NCBI RefSeq assembly: GCF_009914755.1
Contig: NC_060927.1
Strand: one strand, 5' to 3'
Length of the DNA stretch: 64,000 nt
Source: the human T2T-CHM13v2.0 reference genome, Homo sapiens
Shown one piece after another: positions 49,039 to 62,083 of this stretch; within the stretch, counting starts at the first letter, position 1, and each line of letters begins with the position of its first letter. The position numbers and the translations under genes are program-made. The notes under the pieces were generated by a model. It was not told where the DNA came from. It did not search any database and saw only the letters and a list, made by a program, of their open reading frames with translations.

Positions 49039-49387
49039 ATAGGGACCAGGCATGGTGGCTCATGTCTGTAATCCCAGCACTTTGGGAGGCCGAGGCAAGA
49101 AAATCGCTTGAACCTGGGAGGCAGAGGTTGCACTAAGCCGAGATCGCGTCAGCCTGGGCGACAGAGCGAGACTCCATCTCAAAAAGTAAATAAACAATTA
49201 TTGTCATGCCGATGTTTTATTGTGAAATCCACAGCATCTGTTGTCTCCTGCTTCTTGCTCTTTGTTTACTGGAAGGTTAAATGTCCTGGGAACTTCCTCC
49301 ATGACAAAATATGGGTAGCACAGAGGATAAGAGACTTTCCCGAAGCACCTGACCTTCAACTTGGCTTTATCTTCCAATTTGTTCTAG

Positions 49388-49516
49388 GACTGTTAAAGAT
49401 TCACTCCAGTCAGTCCAGTCCGCAGCAGGCCGTCCTGACGATTCCCAGCCAGCTCAAACCACTCAGCGTAAACACATCTGGAGGGGTGCAGACGATCCTG
49501 ATGCCTGTGAATAAAG
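49388..49516 (+). CDS. YEATS2: YEATS2 coding exon 13 of window (GLLKIHSSQSSP...MPVNK)
   Basis: ttctag|GACTGTTA; AATAAAG|gtgagt; 129 nt, phase 1-1. Confidence 0.94.
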
Positions 49517-49594
49517 GTGAGTCCCTTGCCCACGGGTCGTCTGTGCTGTGGCTGCCTCCACATCTCCCCGCATTTACCAGGTGGTGACTGCTCT

Positions 49595-49682
49595 GCCTGT
49601 GTACAGCCACCCTTCAGCTGTCACGGTATTCCCAGCGCCTGTGTACAGCCACCCTTCAGCTGTCATGGTATTCCCAGCGCCT
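49595..49682. repeat. 42-bp tandem duplication
   Basis: gcctgtgtacagccacccttcagctgtca(c/t)ggtattcccagc x2, one mismatch. Confidence 0.95.
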
Positions 49683-49782
49683 TGAATGCTAGGGCACCAA
49701 TGCCAGGACTCAAAACCCAAATGTTCGTTGGCTTCTAAACAGCTGCCCTTATCTAAAGTTGAGTTGAGGGGGAACATTTTAA

Positions 49783-50134
<352 letters not shown>

Positions 50135-50355
50135 TAGTTTAGTGACAGGCTCCCGTTTCTACAGTTGAAGATACATCTCAGTTACCCTCATACCTAATAA
50201 TCGCCCACTATTAAAAAGGGACTTTGCAATTCCTGTTGTCCTCAAGTTGCCTTTGTGCTGTTAGTCTAATGTGGGGTTGTCACCTGGAAGTAGATCACCC
50301 TCATTAAAAATAATTTTTGTATTTGTTATATCCCTCCCTCCTTTTTTCCCTTTAG

Positions 50356-50454
50356 TGGTTCAGTCATTTTCTACCAGCAAGCCACCTGCCATTCTGCCTG
50401 TAGCTGCCCCAACTCCAGTTGTCCCCAGCTCTGCTCCAGCAGCTGTTGCAAAAG
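50356..50454 (+). CDS. YEATS2: YEATS2 coding exon 14 of window (VVQSFSTSKPP...AAVAK)
   Basis: ctttag|TGGTTCAG; AAAAG|gtacgt; 99 nt, phase 1-1. Confidence 0.93.
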
Positions 50455-51249
50455 GTACGTAGGATCTCACAGAGTTCTCGTCCAGAAGTTTTGTTACTTT
50501 TTTATTGTCGTTCACGTTCTCTCCTGATGTCCAGAAGCTTTATGCGGGACATTACCATAATCTGAATCTTTTGAATTTTCAGCATTTGTGAATCAGTCAC
50601 TTGGCAAATATGTCCTAAATGCTCATATGGTAGACTTAACATTGAGGGAAACACAGAGATGTATAAAGGATCATTTCTGCCCTTCAGTAATTTATAATCA
50701 GGTTGAAAACAATTGCTGTAGATAGCAAGCAATCATTGATAAACACAAGACATTTGGCCAGGGAAATGATTGCTGAAATATTGCAGCTTGGGATGTCTGA
50801 TCAGGGTTGACGGGGTGTGGAGAAGGGCAAGACTTTGTACTGAGTATGGATTATAACCTGGACTTTAAAAGAGTAGAGGTTTTTTAGCTGTGGGGAGTCA
50901 AGGGGTAGGCCAGATTAAGGGCACAGGAGAGACAGACTCAGCTTCCCCTTTGGGGAAGTGGCTAGCCAGTTAGAGGGACTCATTTGGGGAGTATACTCAT
51001 GGTAAAGGAGGTTTAGGTAGGGGCCAGACTTTGGCGAGCTGTCAGTGGGAGACATGCCTGCCCACAAGAGTAGATCAGGATAGCACGGTGGATTAGAGCA
51101 ACACGTGTGACATTGATAACACCAGTGTCCAAGCATAGGGGATCTGATTTTTGCTTTCTGCCTTGTGTCTCAGAACACTAAGATAATGCTGAAAGTTGAT
51201 AAACTAGCTGGAGAGATGATATTGAAACGGTCCCAGTATTAGAACGTAG

Positions 51250-51477
<228 letters not shown>

Positions 51478-51930
51478 TAGTAGAGATGGGGTTTCACCAT
51501 GTTAGCCAGGATGGTCTTGATCTCCTGACCTCGTGATCCGCCCACCTCGGCCTCCCAAAGTGCTGGGATTACAGGCGTGAGCCACCGCGCCCGGCCCAGA
51601 GTAGCATTGTTAAATCACATGTGTGGGGAGGGGAGTGAGGAATCTTACATAGCAGTGTGGGTGGCCCTTTAAGAAGTATCTAAGGAGCCACTTTATTGCA
51701 GCCGCCCTGTCATGAGGCTGGAGTTGTCCTGAGACCCAGGCTAACAGTTCTTCCCTTGTCTGATGACCCTGGGATGATAGGAGCCATCTCAGTCCCCTGG
51801 CTGTGTCCCCACAACAGCTGGAGTGGCAGTTTCCTTACTGAGCTTCACTGTAAGAGCTTTGTTTGTGCCTGCACGTGTCCTTCCACCACTGACCCCTAAC
51901 AGCTGCCTCTTTGTTGCTCTTCCCTTGTAG

Positions 51931-52033
51931 TGAAGACTGAACCAGAAACACCTGGACCGAGTTGCCTCTCTCAGGAGGGTCAGACAGCAGTGAAAACAGA
52001 AGAAAGTTCTGAGCTGGGAAACTATGTCATTAA
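51931..52033 (+). CDS. YEATS2: YEATS2 coding exon 15 of window (VKTEPETPGPSCLSQEG...GNYVI)
   Basis: ttgtag|TGAAGACT; ATTAA|gtaatt; 103 nt, phase 1-2. Confidence 0.93.
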
Positions 52034-52919
52034 GTAATTCTTCCAATCTTTCCTAAAGGAATTCCGCTTCGGGTGTTTGTCACGCCTGTGACAGCTGAGT
52101 ATGTGCAGAGTTGTGTGTGTGTAGCTCTAAGCCCTTGACGGGAGGAACTGTCTGTCCCCGTGCAGTGGACAAGTGTTACCACTTGATGCACAGCTGAGGG
52201 TCATCATTTTATACAGTGATGTGACTAGAGGTGGCACTTGATTTGTAGCCTTAGAAGCCTCAGGTGGGATTAGACCTCCCTTCAGTTGAAGTTGCCAACA
52301 TGGGCTTTCTCTGCTGAGCCCGTAGGCACAAAATTTCTCCTGTTGCCATCACTCAGGTGTGTACACGCTTTGTGACTGGGTGTCCACACACCTGCCTCAT
52401 CTTAGCTGCCTCTTCATGGGCTATATACACTCTTTGCTGCTTCTAAAAATGCTTCCTGAGGTTTCCTAATTTCTAAATCAGGAAGCCACTTCTGACCAGC
52501 TACTTTTAAGTATCTCAGACTGCTGGGGACAATAGAAACTTAGCCACTCTAACATGGTAGATGGAGGCGTGAACTGTAATAACCCTAAGATGGGTATACA
52601 GAATTTTTCTCCCCTAGTAGCAGTCACATTGCAAAAAGATTATATTGCTATTGAATTTTAAGGTGTAGATTAAATGTCTGTAATATGTGCATAATCTTCC
52701 ATTCCTGGGATCTTAGTCTTGACATTTTCTTTTTAAGCATAGAACACCCCTCCTTTACAAAGAAGGTAATCTGTGGAAGGAAAGACATGCTAATATGATG
52801 GTTTTAATTATAATTCCCTCAGAACGGAATATATCCATTAAGTACATGGCATATATATGGCTATAGAAACTGCTACATGTATTTAATTTATTGCCTTAAT
52901 TTTTTTTTATCTCTCTCAG

Positions 52920-52993
52920 GATAGACCATTTAGAAACTATCCAGCAACTCCTAACTGCAGTAGTAAAGAAGATTCCATTAATCACTGCAAAAA
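52920..52993 (+). CDS. YEATS2: YEATS2 coding exon 16 of window (KIDHLETIQQLL...LITAK)
   Basis: tctcag|GATAGAC; GCAAAAA|gtaaga; 74 nt, phase 2-1. Confidence 0.92.
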
Positions 52994-53289
52994 GTAAGAC
53001 AATTACACTGAATATAGGGGTGCATTTTTGAAAGCTGTGAACTTAAGGTATTGAGTCAACTGAAATCACTTGGGATTGTAAATTAATATTGATATGGCGG
53101 TTACCTTATAAGGTTTCAGCTAGAGATACAGCCCATTTGCAAGGGTTTTAGAATTCACATCCAGTTAGTTTTTTATTGTTTTCACTGTGTTGATCTGTAG
53201 AAGGAATGTTTTACATTTTTCATATGTAAATCATAGATTGTTTTGTATGCAGTTAAAACTCTGTATTAGCATTTGGTGTTTATGAGTGA

Positions 53290-53520
53290 GGAAAGCATTT
53301 AGCGTTTGCCTGCAGTGTACCAGGTCCTGTGCAGGTTGGGTACGTTCACTGTCTCATATAATCCCAGCCTCCTGTGTGATAGCTGGTGTCATCTCCACTT
53401 ACAGATGAGGAAACTGAGGATAAGCAGGGTTGAATAACTTGCTCGAGATCACAGAGCCACGGGTGGTGAAACAGGATACAAACCTGGTTCTGTTTGACTC
53501 TAAGACCATTCATCTTTCCT
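53290..53520 (-). mobile_element. MIR
   Basis: MIR core: acagatgaggaaactgagg...aataacttgctcgagatcacagag. Confidence 0.75.
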
Positions 53521-53883
53521 CTGAAACTCAGTATTGCACAGTGTAGAAATGCAGTTTTTAAGACCTCCCAAAGTGACGTGCTGCGTCACTGCCCATCATT
53601 AGCTAGATTGAGTAAATTGCTGCTTAGCCCCAGTTGTTTTGACAGAATCAATAGCCCTTGCTGAGGGGCCAGCAGCCTACGGACACAGGAGCATGCTCAT
53701 GGGCAAGACCACCATGCACACTCAGAGGGGAGCCACAAGGCAACCTCCACGCCACTCAGATTTGTAGGGCTCTGAACACATACACCAGATACAGACCACC
53801 TACTTATTTTTTCCAACTGTAATAGCAAAGCAGTAATCTCTTTCTGTAGGGTAAAGTTTGGGGGATCATTTTGATGTCTCTCA

Positions 53884-54495
<612 letters not shown>

Positions 54496-54756
54496 TTAAT
54501 AGTCTATGGCAGTGATTACCTTCTCTACCAAAGAAGCAAAGTGCCCAGGAAGGTGTGTTGCTTTGAGTACACACGGCAAGACACCTTCTCTTCTGAGGAG
54601 ACGCCCTCCTGTGTTAGGCTGCATCTGAGCTTGCCCAGTAAGGAACATACATGCGATAAAGAGGTCTGAAGAAGTGACTGGCTTGCCTCCAGCAAATGAC
54701 GTGTGGTTGGAATCGTAAGAGCTTTATTCAGGCTTTGCTGGGTGTGTGCATTCTAG

Positions 54757-54836
54757 GTGAAGATGCCAGCTGCTTTTCTGCAAAGTCTGTGGAGCAGTAC
54801 TATGGCTGGAACATTGGAAAAAGGAGAGCCGCTGAG
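54757..54836 (+). CDS. YEATS2: YEATS2 coding exon 17 of window (SEDASCFSAKS...KRRAAE)
   Basis: ttctag|GTGAAGAT; GCTGAG|gtaacc; 80 nt, phase 1-0. Confidence 0.93.
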
Positions 54837-55093
54837 GTAACCCACGTCTGCCTGTCCACTCTGGCTGCCTCCAGAAACCTTGTCTTATGGAACAGGGATA
54901 AGATTGCAGCATATTTGGTTGAAATATTTGATGGCAGAATATTTTCCTCAGTTAAAAAAAATCTCATTTTTCAAAGACCTGTATCCAGCTGACTTTCAGG
55001 CGTGCCTTCTTTTCCTGCACTGGCAGAAACATCCCTCACAGTTTCTAAATTTTTTTCTGAGTTTCAGAGTTTTAAATGAACTCGAGTATTGAG

Positions 55094-55275
55094 TCCTTAC
55101 AGTGGGAAGGTGCTGTGGTGAGTTTAGGGAAAGCTGGGGTAGGAGGGGAGTGGGAGAGCGCAGGTGGAGACCAGGTGAAGATCCTTACAGTGGGAAGGTG
55201 CTGTGGTGAGTTTAGGGAAAGCTGGGGTAGGAGGGGAGTGGGAGAGCGCAGGTGGAGACCAGGTGAAGATCCTTA
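55094..55275. repeat. Perfect 88-bp G-rich tandem duplication
   Basis: Unit starts at 55094 and again at 55182, plus a 6-bp partial third copy. Confidence 0.95.
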
Positions 55276-55487
55276 AAGGCCAAACCTAGGAGTTGCTGTT
55301 TTATTGTATTAGCATGAGGGAAGTTCGACTTTTTTTTTTAATGGGGAGTAACACAACCAGGTTTTTTTCTTTAAAAAAAAAAATTCTAACAGGTTAGGTT
55401 AGGATGGTGATTTATGGTTGCATGATACGTAGTTGTGTTAAGTGGAAGGATTTGATTATGGTTCCAAAAGAAAATTTTTTTTTTAAG

Positions 55488-55689
55488 TGGCAAAGAGCAA
55501 TGACAATGCGAAAAGTCTTACAAGAAATCCTGGAGAAGAATCCGAGATTTCACCACCTGACTCCCCTCAAAACCAAGCACATCGCTCACTGGTGCCGCTG
55601 TCATGGCTACACCCCACCGGACCCTGAGAGCCTGAGGAATGACGGGGACTCCATCGAGGACGTGCTGACCCAGATCGACAGCGAGCCCG
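55488..55689 (+). CDS. YEATS2: YEATS2 coding exon 18 of window (WQRAMTMRKVL...QIDSEP)
   Basis: tttaag|TGGCAAAGA; CCCG|gtaagc; 202 nt, phase 0-1; ORF 55404..55781. Confidence 0.95.
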
Positions 55690-56269
55690 GTAAGCCTTCA
55701 GTGGCACTGCCCAGAGCGCCTGGCAGCCTGGAGGCATTTGCTGAGGTAGAGAGAGATGAGGACTTGGAAGAGTTGCTGTAGAGAACGAGAGCCTTTCCTA
55801 CCTCCTGCCGTGTCCTTCGTGGGACCGTGCAGTCCCCATGTTGCTGTTTGTAGCCAGGTATCTCAAGTGTTGTGCCCCAGCCACACATGTTCCGGCCTGT
55901 GCCATGCAGCAGGCACACACTGTCCACTCAGGAGTCCCTGCTCGGCATCATTTCTTCTTTGAAGACTCCTAATCCATCTCCTTTCCTGCAGATTGAAGCG
56001 GCTTTCACATCTTTTGTGACCTTAGGGACACCCCCCATGCCCCAGACAAGTTTGTGCTACTTCTGTGAAGATGAGGCCTGTGTCTCATCTGTTACTTTAT
56101 CTCCAAACCCAGCTCGGAGGACGCCACCCAGTGCGGGAGGCACTTGTGAAAACTAGTAATGTTGCAGGTGAAATGAATTGTTTCACGATAAAAAAACAGA
56201 CCACTGGGCCGGGCGCCGTGGCTCACGCCTGTAATCCCAGCACTTTGGGAGGCCGAGGCGGGTGGATCA

Positions 56270-56593
<324 letters not shown>

Positions 56594-58366
56594 TCACCTC
56601 AAAGAATAAGAAGGGTTGGGCCGGGCGTAGTGGCTCATGCCTGTAATCCCAGCACTTTGGGAGTCAAGGCAGGAGGATCACTTGAGCCCCTAGGAGTTTG
56701 AGACCAGCCAGGGCAACATAGCAGGACCTTGTCACTACAAAAATTACAAAAATTACCCGGGTGTGGTAGCTCGCCTGTAGTCCCAGCTACTTGGGTGACT
56801 AAGGTGAGAGGGATCACTTGAGCCCGGGAGGTTGAGGCTGCAGTAAGCCATGAGCACACCACTGCACTCCAGCCTGGGCAACAGAGCCAGGCCCTGTCTC
56901 AATAAAATAAAAAGAAAGGTTGTTCTCTGCCCCCAGCCCCATTTATATAGAAAAACAGAAGCTCCACCCCTCCTGTCCAAGGAAACCTGGAGCACAGAGG
57001 TGGGGTTACTTTAAGACTTAGGGCCGGGCTCAGTGGCCTCCCACTTTGGGAGGCTGAGGCAGGAGGATTGTTTGAGCCCAAGAGTTCAAGACCAGCCTGG
57101 ACAACACGGTGAAACCTTGCCTCTACAAAAAATGCAAAAATTAGCCGGGCATGGTGGTGCATGCCTGTAGTCCCACCTATTCGGGAAGCTGAGGAGGGAG
57201 GATTGCTTGAGCCCAAGAAGTTGAGGCTGCAGCGAGCTGTAATCATGCCACTCCTCTCCAGCTTGGGTGACAGCGCAAAACCCTGTCCAAAAAAAAAGGG
57301 GGGGGCAAGTCCCAGTTTTGCCATTAAGCTTCTTGAGAGCCTAATGCAGGATGGCCTCTCCTTTCTCTCGTCTCCTGCAGCGCTTAATATCAACAGCATG
57401 AGGGCTTGTCTGACTTCGCTGTGTAAGCTACTCGGAGAGCAGAGACCGTGTTAATGATCCCCGGGCTTCACTGACATTGTGTGGAAAGCACAGTACTTGC
57501 ACATACTAGGCTTCCTTTTAATCTGACTGATTCCAAACGGCCCCTAACCTACAATGGTTTGACCTGTGATTTGATGTTGTGACTTTACAATGGTCTGAAA
57601 GCTGTAGGCATCAGCACATACCTTGACTTACGATGGCCTTGTCCAGATAAGGCCATCGTAAGTTGAAAATATCCTAAGTCAAAAATGATATTTTCAACTT
57701 ACGATGGGTTTTTCAGGATATAGCCCCAGCCATCATAACTTGAGGAGCAGCTGGAGCTTGTTAGAGCCCAGTCAGTAAAACAAAAGGCCAGGAGCTGGGT
57801 GCCCTTAAATCTTGTACCTGGTGTGGACCTCACACACTCATCCAGAAAGTGGAAGGGCACTAGTGCCCTAGATCTGGCCTTGAGGTCCTCACACTCCTGA
57901 TTAGGCTTTGTATAAATCACCTTATTAGAGACTGGACCCATAATATACATTGAAATGTTAACAGTCCTGCTCTCTGAGCAGTGAGAATAGGGGTGATTCT
58001 TTTTATTTTCTTCACTCTGCATTTCTAAATTTTCCAGATTTGAGATGAGGAAAAATCAGGTGAGTCCTTAATACTCAGAGGGAGGGGGATGGCCTGGTTT
58101 TTGGTGGCAGAAGTGAGAATTCCTACTCTTTCATCTTAGATGGCAGTTACCTTACATAGATCACACACAAGATGCCTGTGTTTATGCCTTTCTCCCTCGT
58201 GAATTACTAGTTCTCATCATTATAGATCCATAGAATGTTAGAACTGGAAAGAAGGTCAGCTCCCCTGATGCTTATCCCCCTTCCTCAGACCATGGGTCTC
58301 TTGGAGACGGAAAGTCCTCTTCCGTTGGCCCCACAGCTGTTGTAACACTGCTTGCCTGTCATTTAG

Positions 58367-58593
58367 AGTGCCCATCATCATTCTCCTCTGCTGACAACCT
58401 CTGCCGCAAACTGGAGGACCTGCAACAGTTCCAGAAAAGGGAACCCGAGAATGAGGAGGAGGTGGACATCCTCAGCCTCTCCGAGCCAGTGAAGATAAAC
58501 ATCAAGAAGGAGCAGGAAGAGAAACAAGAGGAAGTCAAGTTCTACCTGCCACCAACCCCAGGGTCTGAATTTATTGGGGATGTCACACAGAAG
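58367..58593 (+). CDS. YEATS2: YEATS2 coding exon 19 of window (ECPSSFSSADNLC...DVTQK)
   Basis: atttag|AGTGCCCA; CAGAAG|gtaggg; 227 nt, phase 1-0. Confidence 0.94.
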
Positions 58594-59530
58594 GTAGGGG
58601 TTGTGGTGTTAATAGTTCATGCAGCAGACCAGCTCAGAGCTAGATGTTCAGACGTTCAGCCTCACAGACCCAGACCCAGGTGTTCAGCCTCACAGACACA
58701 GACTCAGACCCAGACTCTTCTGGTGCCGTAGATGCTTGACTTCCTTCTGCCTGGTTGACCCAGGTGTGCTCTCAGGGCTCCCACCGTCCCACATCAGAGC
58801 CCTTGGGCAGAAATGCTAATTACATGTGAAAACGTTGCTTGTTGAACGCAGACGTGAAGCAAAGCTGGCTAGATAGAAATGGTTGATTACTCTTCATCTT
58901 GTTTTTCTCATCTGCCTCAGTAGAAGCACCTTTCCCTCATGAGGCACGTCGTACTCTTTCTGAGTTGCACGTCAGCGCGTAATCCTCCCCTGATGTGTTG
59001 ATAGCTCCTGAGTGCCCCGCCTGTGGTGCAGATGGCGTGCACCTGCCTTACTATACAGGAGAGAGGTATTTATCCACCCTGCTGGAGCCTAACAGCTCTT
59101 CAGCATCTGCCAGTTGCTCAGGGCCCGAGGTGAAAGACAGTGTGCTTTCATTGGATGCCATGAAGAATGGGCAAGATGCAGTTTCCAAGTGCAAACAGGA
59201 CGTTGGAGTCTGATTCCAGACCTTTCAAAGTATTGATTGCGTATCAGAACCCAGGCAGATCCCAACCATGTTCTCCCACGAAGGAGATTTGAGAGATTTT
59301 AATAGGATTATAGTCATATTTTAAATATCAGCCAGAAATGTGGAAAAACAAGATAACATTCTTCTAGATGTTATATTCCGTGTTCCTTTCCCGTGAATTT
59401 TGCCCAATATGTTTGCAGAGTCCTCCTTCCAACCAGGCATCGCTTTGCATGTCAGGGAGGTATGCTTGTTTGGAGAGAGGCTGTTTCTAAAGCAGCGATA
59501 CGAACAAACGGCTTTCTTCTGCTTTTCCAG

Positions 59531-59605
59531 ATTGGGATCACCCTGCAGCCCGTGGCACTCCACAGGAACGTGTATGCGTCCGTGGTGGAGGACATGATCC
59601 TGAAG
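59531..59605 (+). CDS. YEATS2: YEATS2 coding exon 20 of window (IGITLQPVALH...DMILK)
   Basis: ttccag|ATTGGG; CTGAAG|gtgggt; 75 nt, phase 0-0; histone-fold region. Confidence 0.94.
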
Positions 59606-60073
59606 GTGGGTGCCTGCAGGGGCCGCCAGCCAGGAAGGATGGTTGCATCCCAGGCGGTTTGGAGTAAGGGGCAAGGACAGAAAAGGAACAAAGATAACAG
59701 GCTTTAAAATGTCTCGTCTTATTTGGGCTTAAGTTCTCTCTTTTTGTTTTTTTGTTTTTTTTCCTTCTGATTTTTAAATGGACTAAGTTATGTTTCCTCT
59801 GAGTCATGTGGTTTCAGGTGCCTCCTAAGACGTATTCTGGGGGTGGTGGTCAGTGTGCTCGTTGCTTTAGGAGGTGGCAGAGACAAAGCCTATGGTTTTC
59901 TGTACACGTCACAACAGCAAACAGCCCCAACTGTCCTGACCCTGGCAAGGGGACGAAAATGCCGCAGCCTCCTTCCCCAGCCTGATCCTAGCTCAGCAGT
60001 TCCTTTCCTCGTGGATCCTCTCCAAGAATAGGGATACCTCCGTAACAACTGCTTTCCTTAAATACAATGTCTA

Positions 60074-60226
<153 letters not shown>

Positions 60227-60596
60227 TCACCTGGTAATCCCAGCTACTTGGGAGGCTGAGGCAGGAGAATCGCTTGAACCTGGAGGCGGAGGTTGCACTG
60301 AGCCAAGATCGCGCCACTGCGCTCCAGCCTGGGCGAGAGAGTGAGACTCCATCTCAAAATAAATAAATAAATAGAATAATGTCTGATTAATGAAAATCAC
60401 TCCAATTCATAATTTCTCAGAATCATGGCCTTTATCATTATGGTCTATTATTGAGGCCTTTAATTTTTTCTTAAGGACTTTTTAATCCCTAGTTGCAGTG
60501 GTTTCAAACATTTGGGGTAAGGGATGGGGTTAAATGTGTCCCTTCTTGCCAGCAAGCAGATGGCCATTTGAAGAATAACAGCATCTTCCATTGTAG

Positions 60597-60670
60597 GCTA
60601 CAGAACAGCTGGTGAATGATATCCTGAGACAGGCTTTGGCAGTTGGATACCAGACAGCTTCTCACAACAG
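60597..60670 (+). CDS. YEATS2: YEATS2 coding exon 21 of window (ATEQLVNDILRQ...ASHN)
   Basis: ttgtag|GCTACA; AACAG|gtatta; 74 nt, phase 0-2. Confidence 0.93.
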
Positions 60671-61974
60671 GTATTACTATCTCTGCAGTCTGTGGTGTGA
60701 GGCTTACACCTCTTTCCTAACAGTTGAATTGCCCATGAAGGTGTTTTATACTTACATCAATCCAGTAGGAGATGGAGTGAGTGCTTAGGACACTCTTAGA
60801 GCCAGATGAGCTCAAGGGTCTGCTTTGTCATTTTTAGAGAACCTCATGGTTGTGAAAGCTCACTCAGCTTTGCTCAGAGGTTTATATCCTCCTCATTACT
60901 TCACAGACACCTAGGACTCTGTTTTATTACAGGGTTGAATAAATATTAGCTTTGCAATTAAAGATAACAGTGTCCATTACATGTCAGACACGAGGGCCAA
61001 GCGTTGCATATATTACCTAATTTGTTTTTCATTGCAGAACTATTATTCTCTTTTTAAAAATCAGGAAACCGGGCTTTGAAAGGTAATTTTACCCAGCTTA
61101 CCCAGCAAATACAGTGTAGACCTGGACTTCCGACTCAGGTCTCATTGGCTCTGAGGCCCCTGGGCTCGCCACTGCTCTTTGCTGACTCGTTGTCTTTGAT
61201 TAAGACACTGAGTTTCAGTCTGTTCCTAGGCCCTGAAAGGATGGTAGATAGGCCACATCTGCTTTTCTTTCGGAGGAAACAAATATTATTTTATTGCATT
61301 ATGCTAAAGGCTGTCACAGATTTATAAAACTGTAGCAAAGTGCCTGAGGACATGAAGGGCCTAAATCAGAGGAATAGTAGATGAAACTTCACAGGAATAT
61401 ATCAGACAACATAGGCGTCTTTAGAGAAAAGGAAGGGGAACCAAGAGTTCCGGTCCTGCTGCCCACTGTCCTGCTTGGACCCACAAGTGAGCCAGGGCCT
61501 CCTGTGGCCCCTGCTTACCTCTGTGCTCCCTGTCCTGGAGGGGTAGAGTGACTTAGGTGCTTTTGATGGAACGATTAACATCACGCCTGGCCTGGCGTGG
61601 CTCCGTCTCCCGTCTTTCTAGGAGATGGGAAATAAGGTCCCAGAGTTTTGTGGTGCTTTGACTCAGCTTTCGGTCTGCTGAGACTCACTCACAAATGTGT
61701 CATTCCGTTCTGCCATCCGCTTTGTTTTCTTTCTCTTTTCTCAGTTCTCAGAATCTTTTTTCCTAATTATTCAACCAACTTGTTGACATCCTTCTCATGC
61801 CTATGACAGGAAGGCAGTCCTCACCCCAGAGTGGCCCTAAGCTATGTCTGTGGCTCAGGAGCCCTCTCCACGGGGCCTCTGCCTGGGATGGTCCCTGTGA
61901 TGAGTTAAGTGAATAAATGATGAGATATACGTGAGAGAATTTCACCTGGTAACACCCTTTGTTTTTTGGACCAG

Positions 61975-62083
61975 GATTCCCAAAGAAATTACAGTGAGTA
62001 ATATTCACCAGGCCATTTGCAACATTCCTTTTCTGGACTTCCTCACAAACAAACACATGGGAATATTGAATGAGGACCAGTGA
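61975..62083 (+). CDS. YEATS2: YEATS2 terminal coding exon (RIPKEITVSNIHQAICNIPFLDFLTNKHMGILNEDQ*)
   Basis: gaccag|GATTCCC; TGA at 62081-62083; phase 2 joins the previous exon. Confidence 0.95.

Noticed and set aside
49003-49041. (TAAA)n run as the FAME4 pathogenic repeat
   Set aside because: It is a tetramer Alu-tail microsatellite. The FAME4 TTTTA/TTTCA pentamer expansion is in intron 1, upstream of this window, and no TTTCA array is seen.
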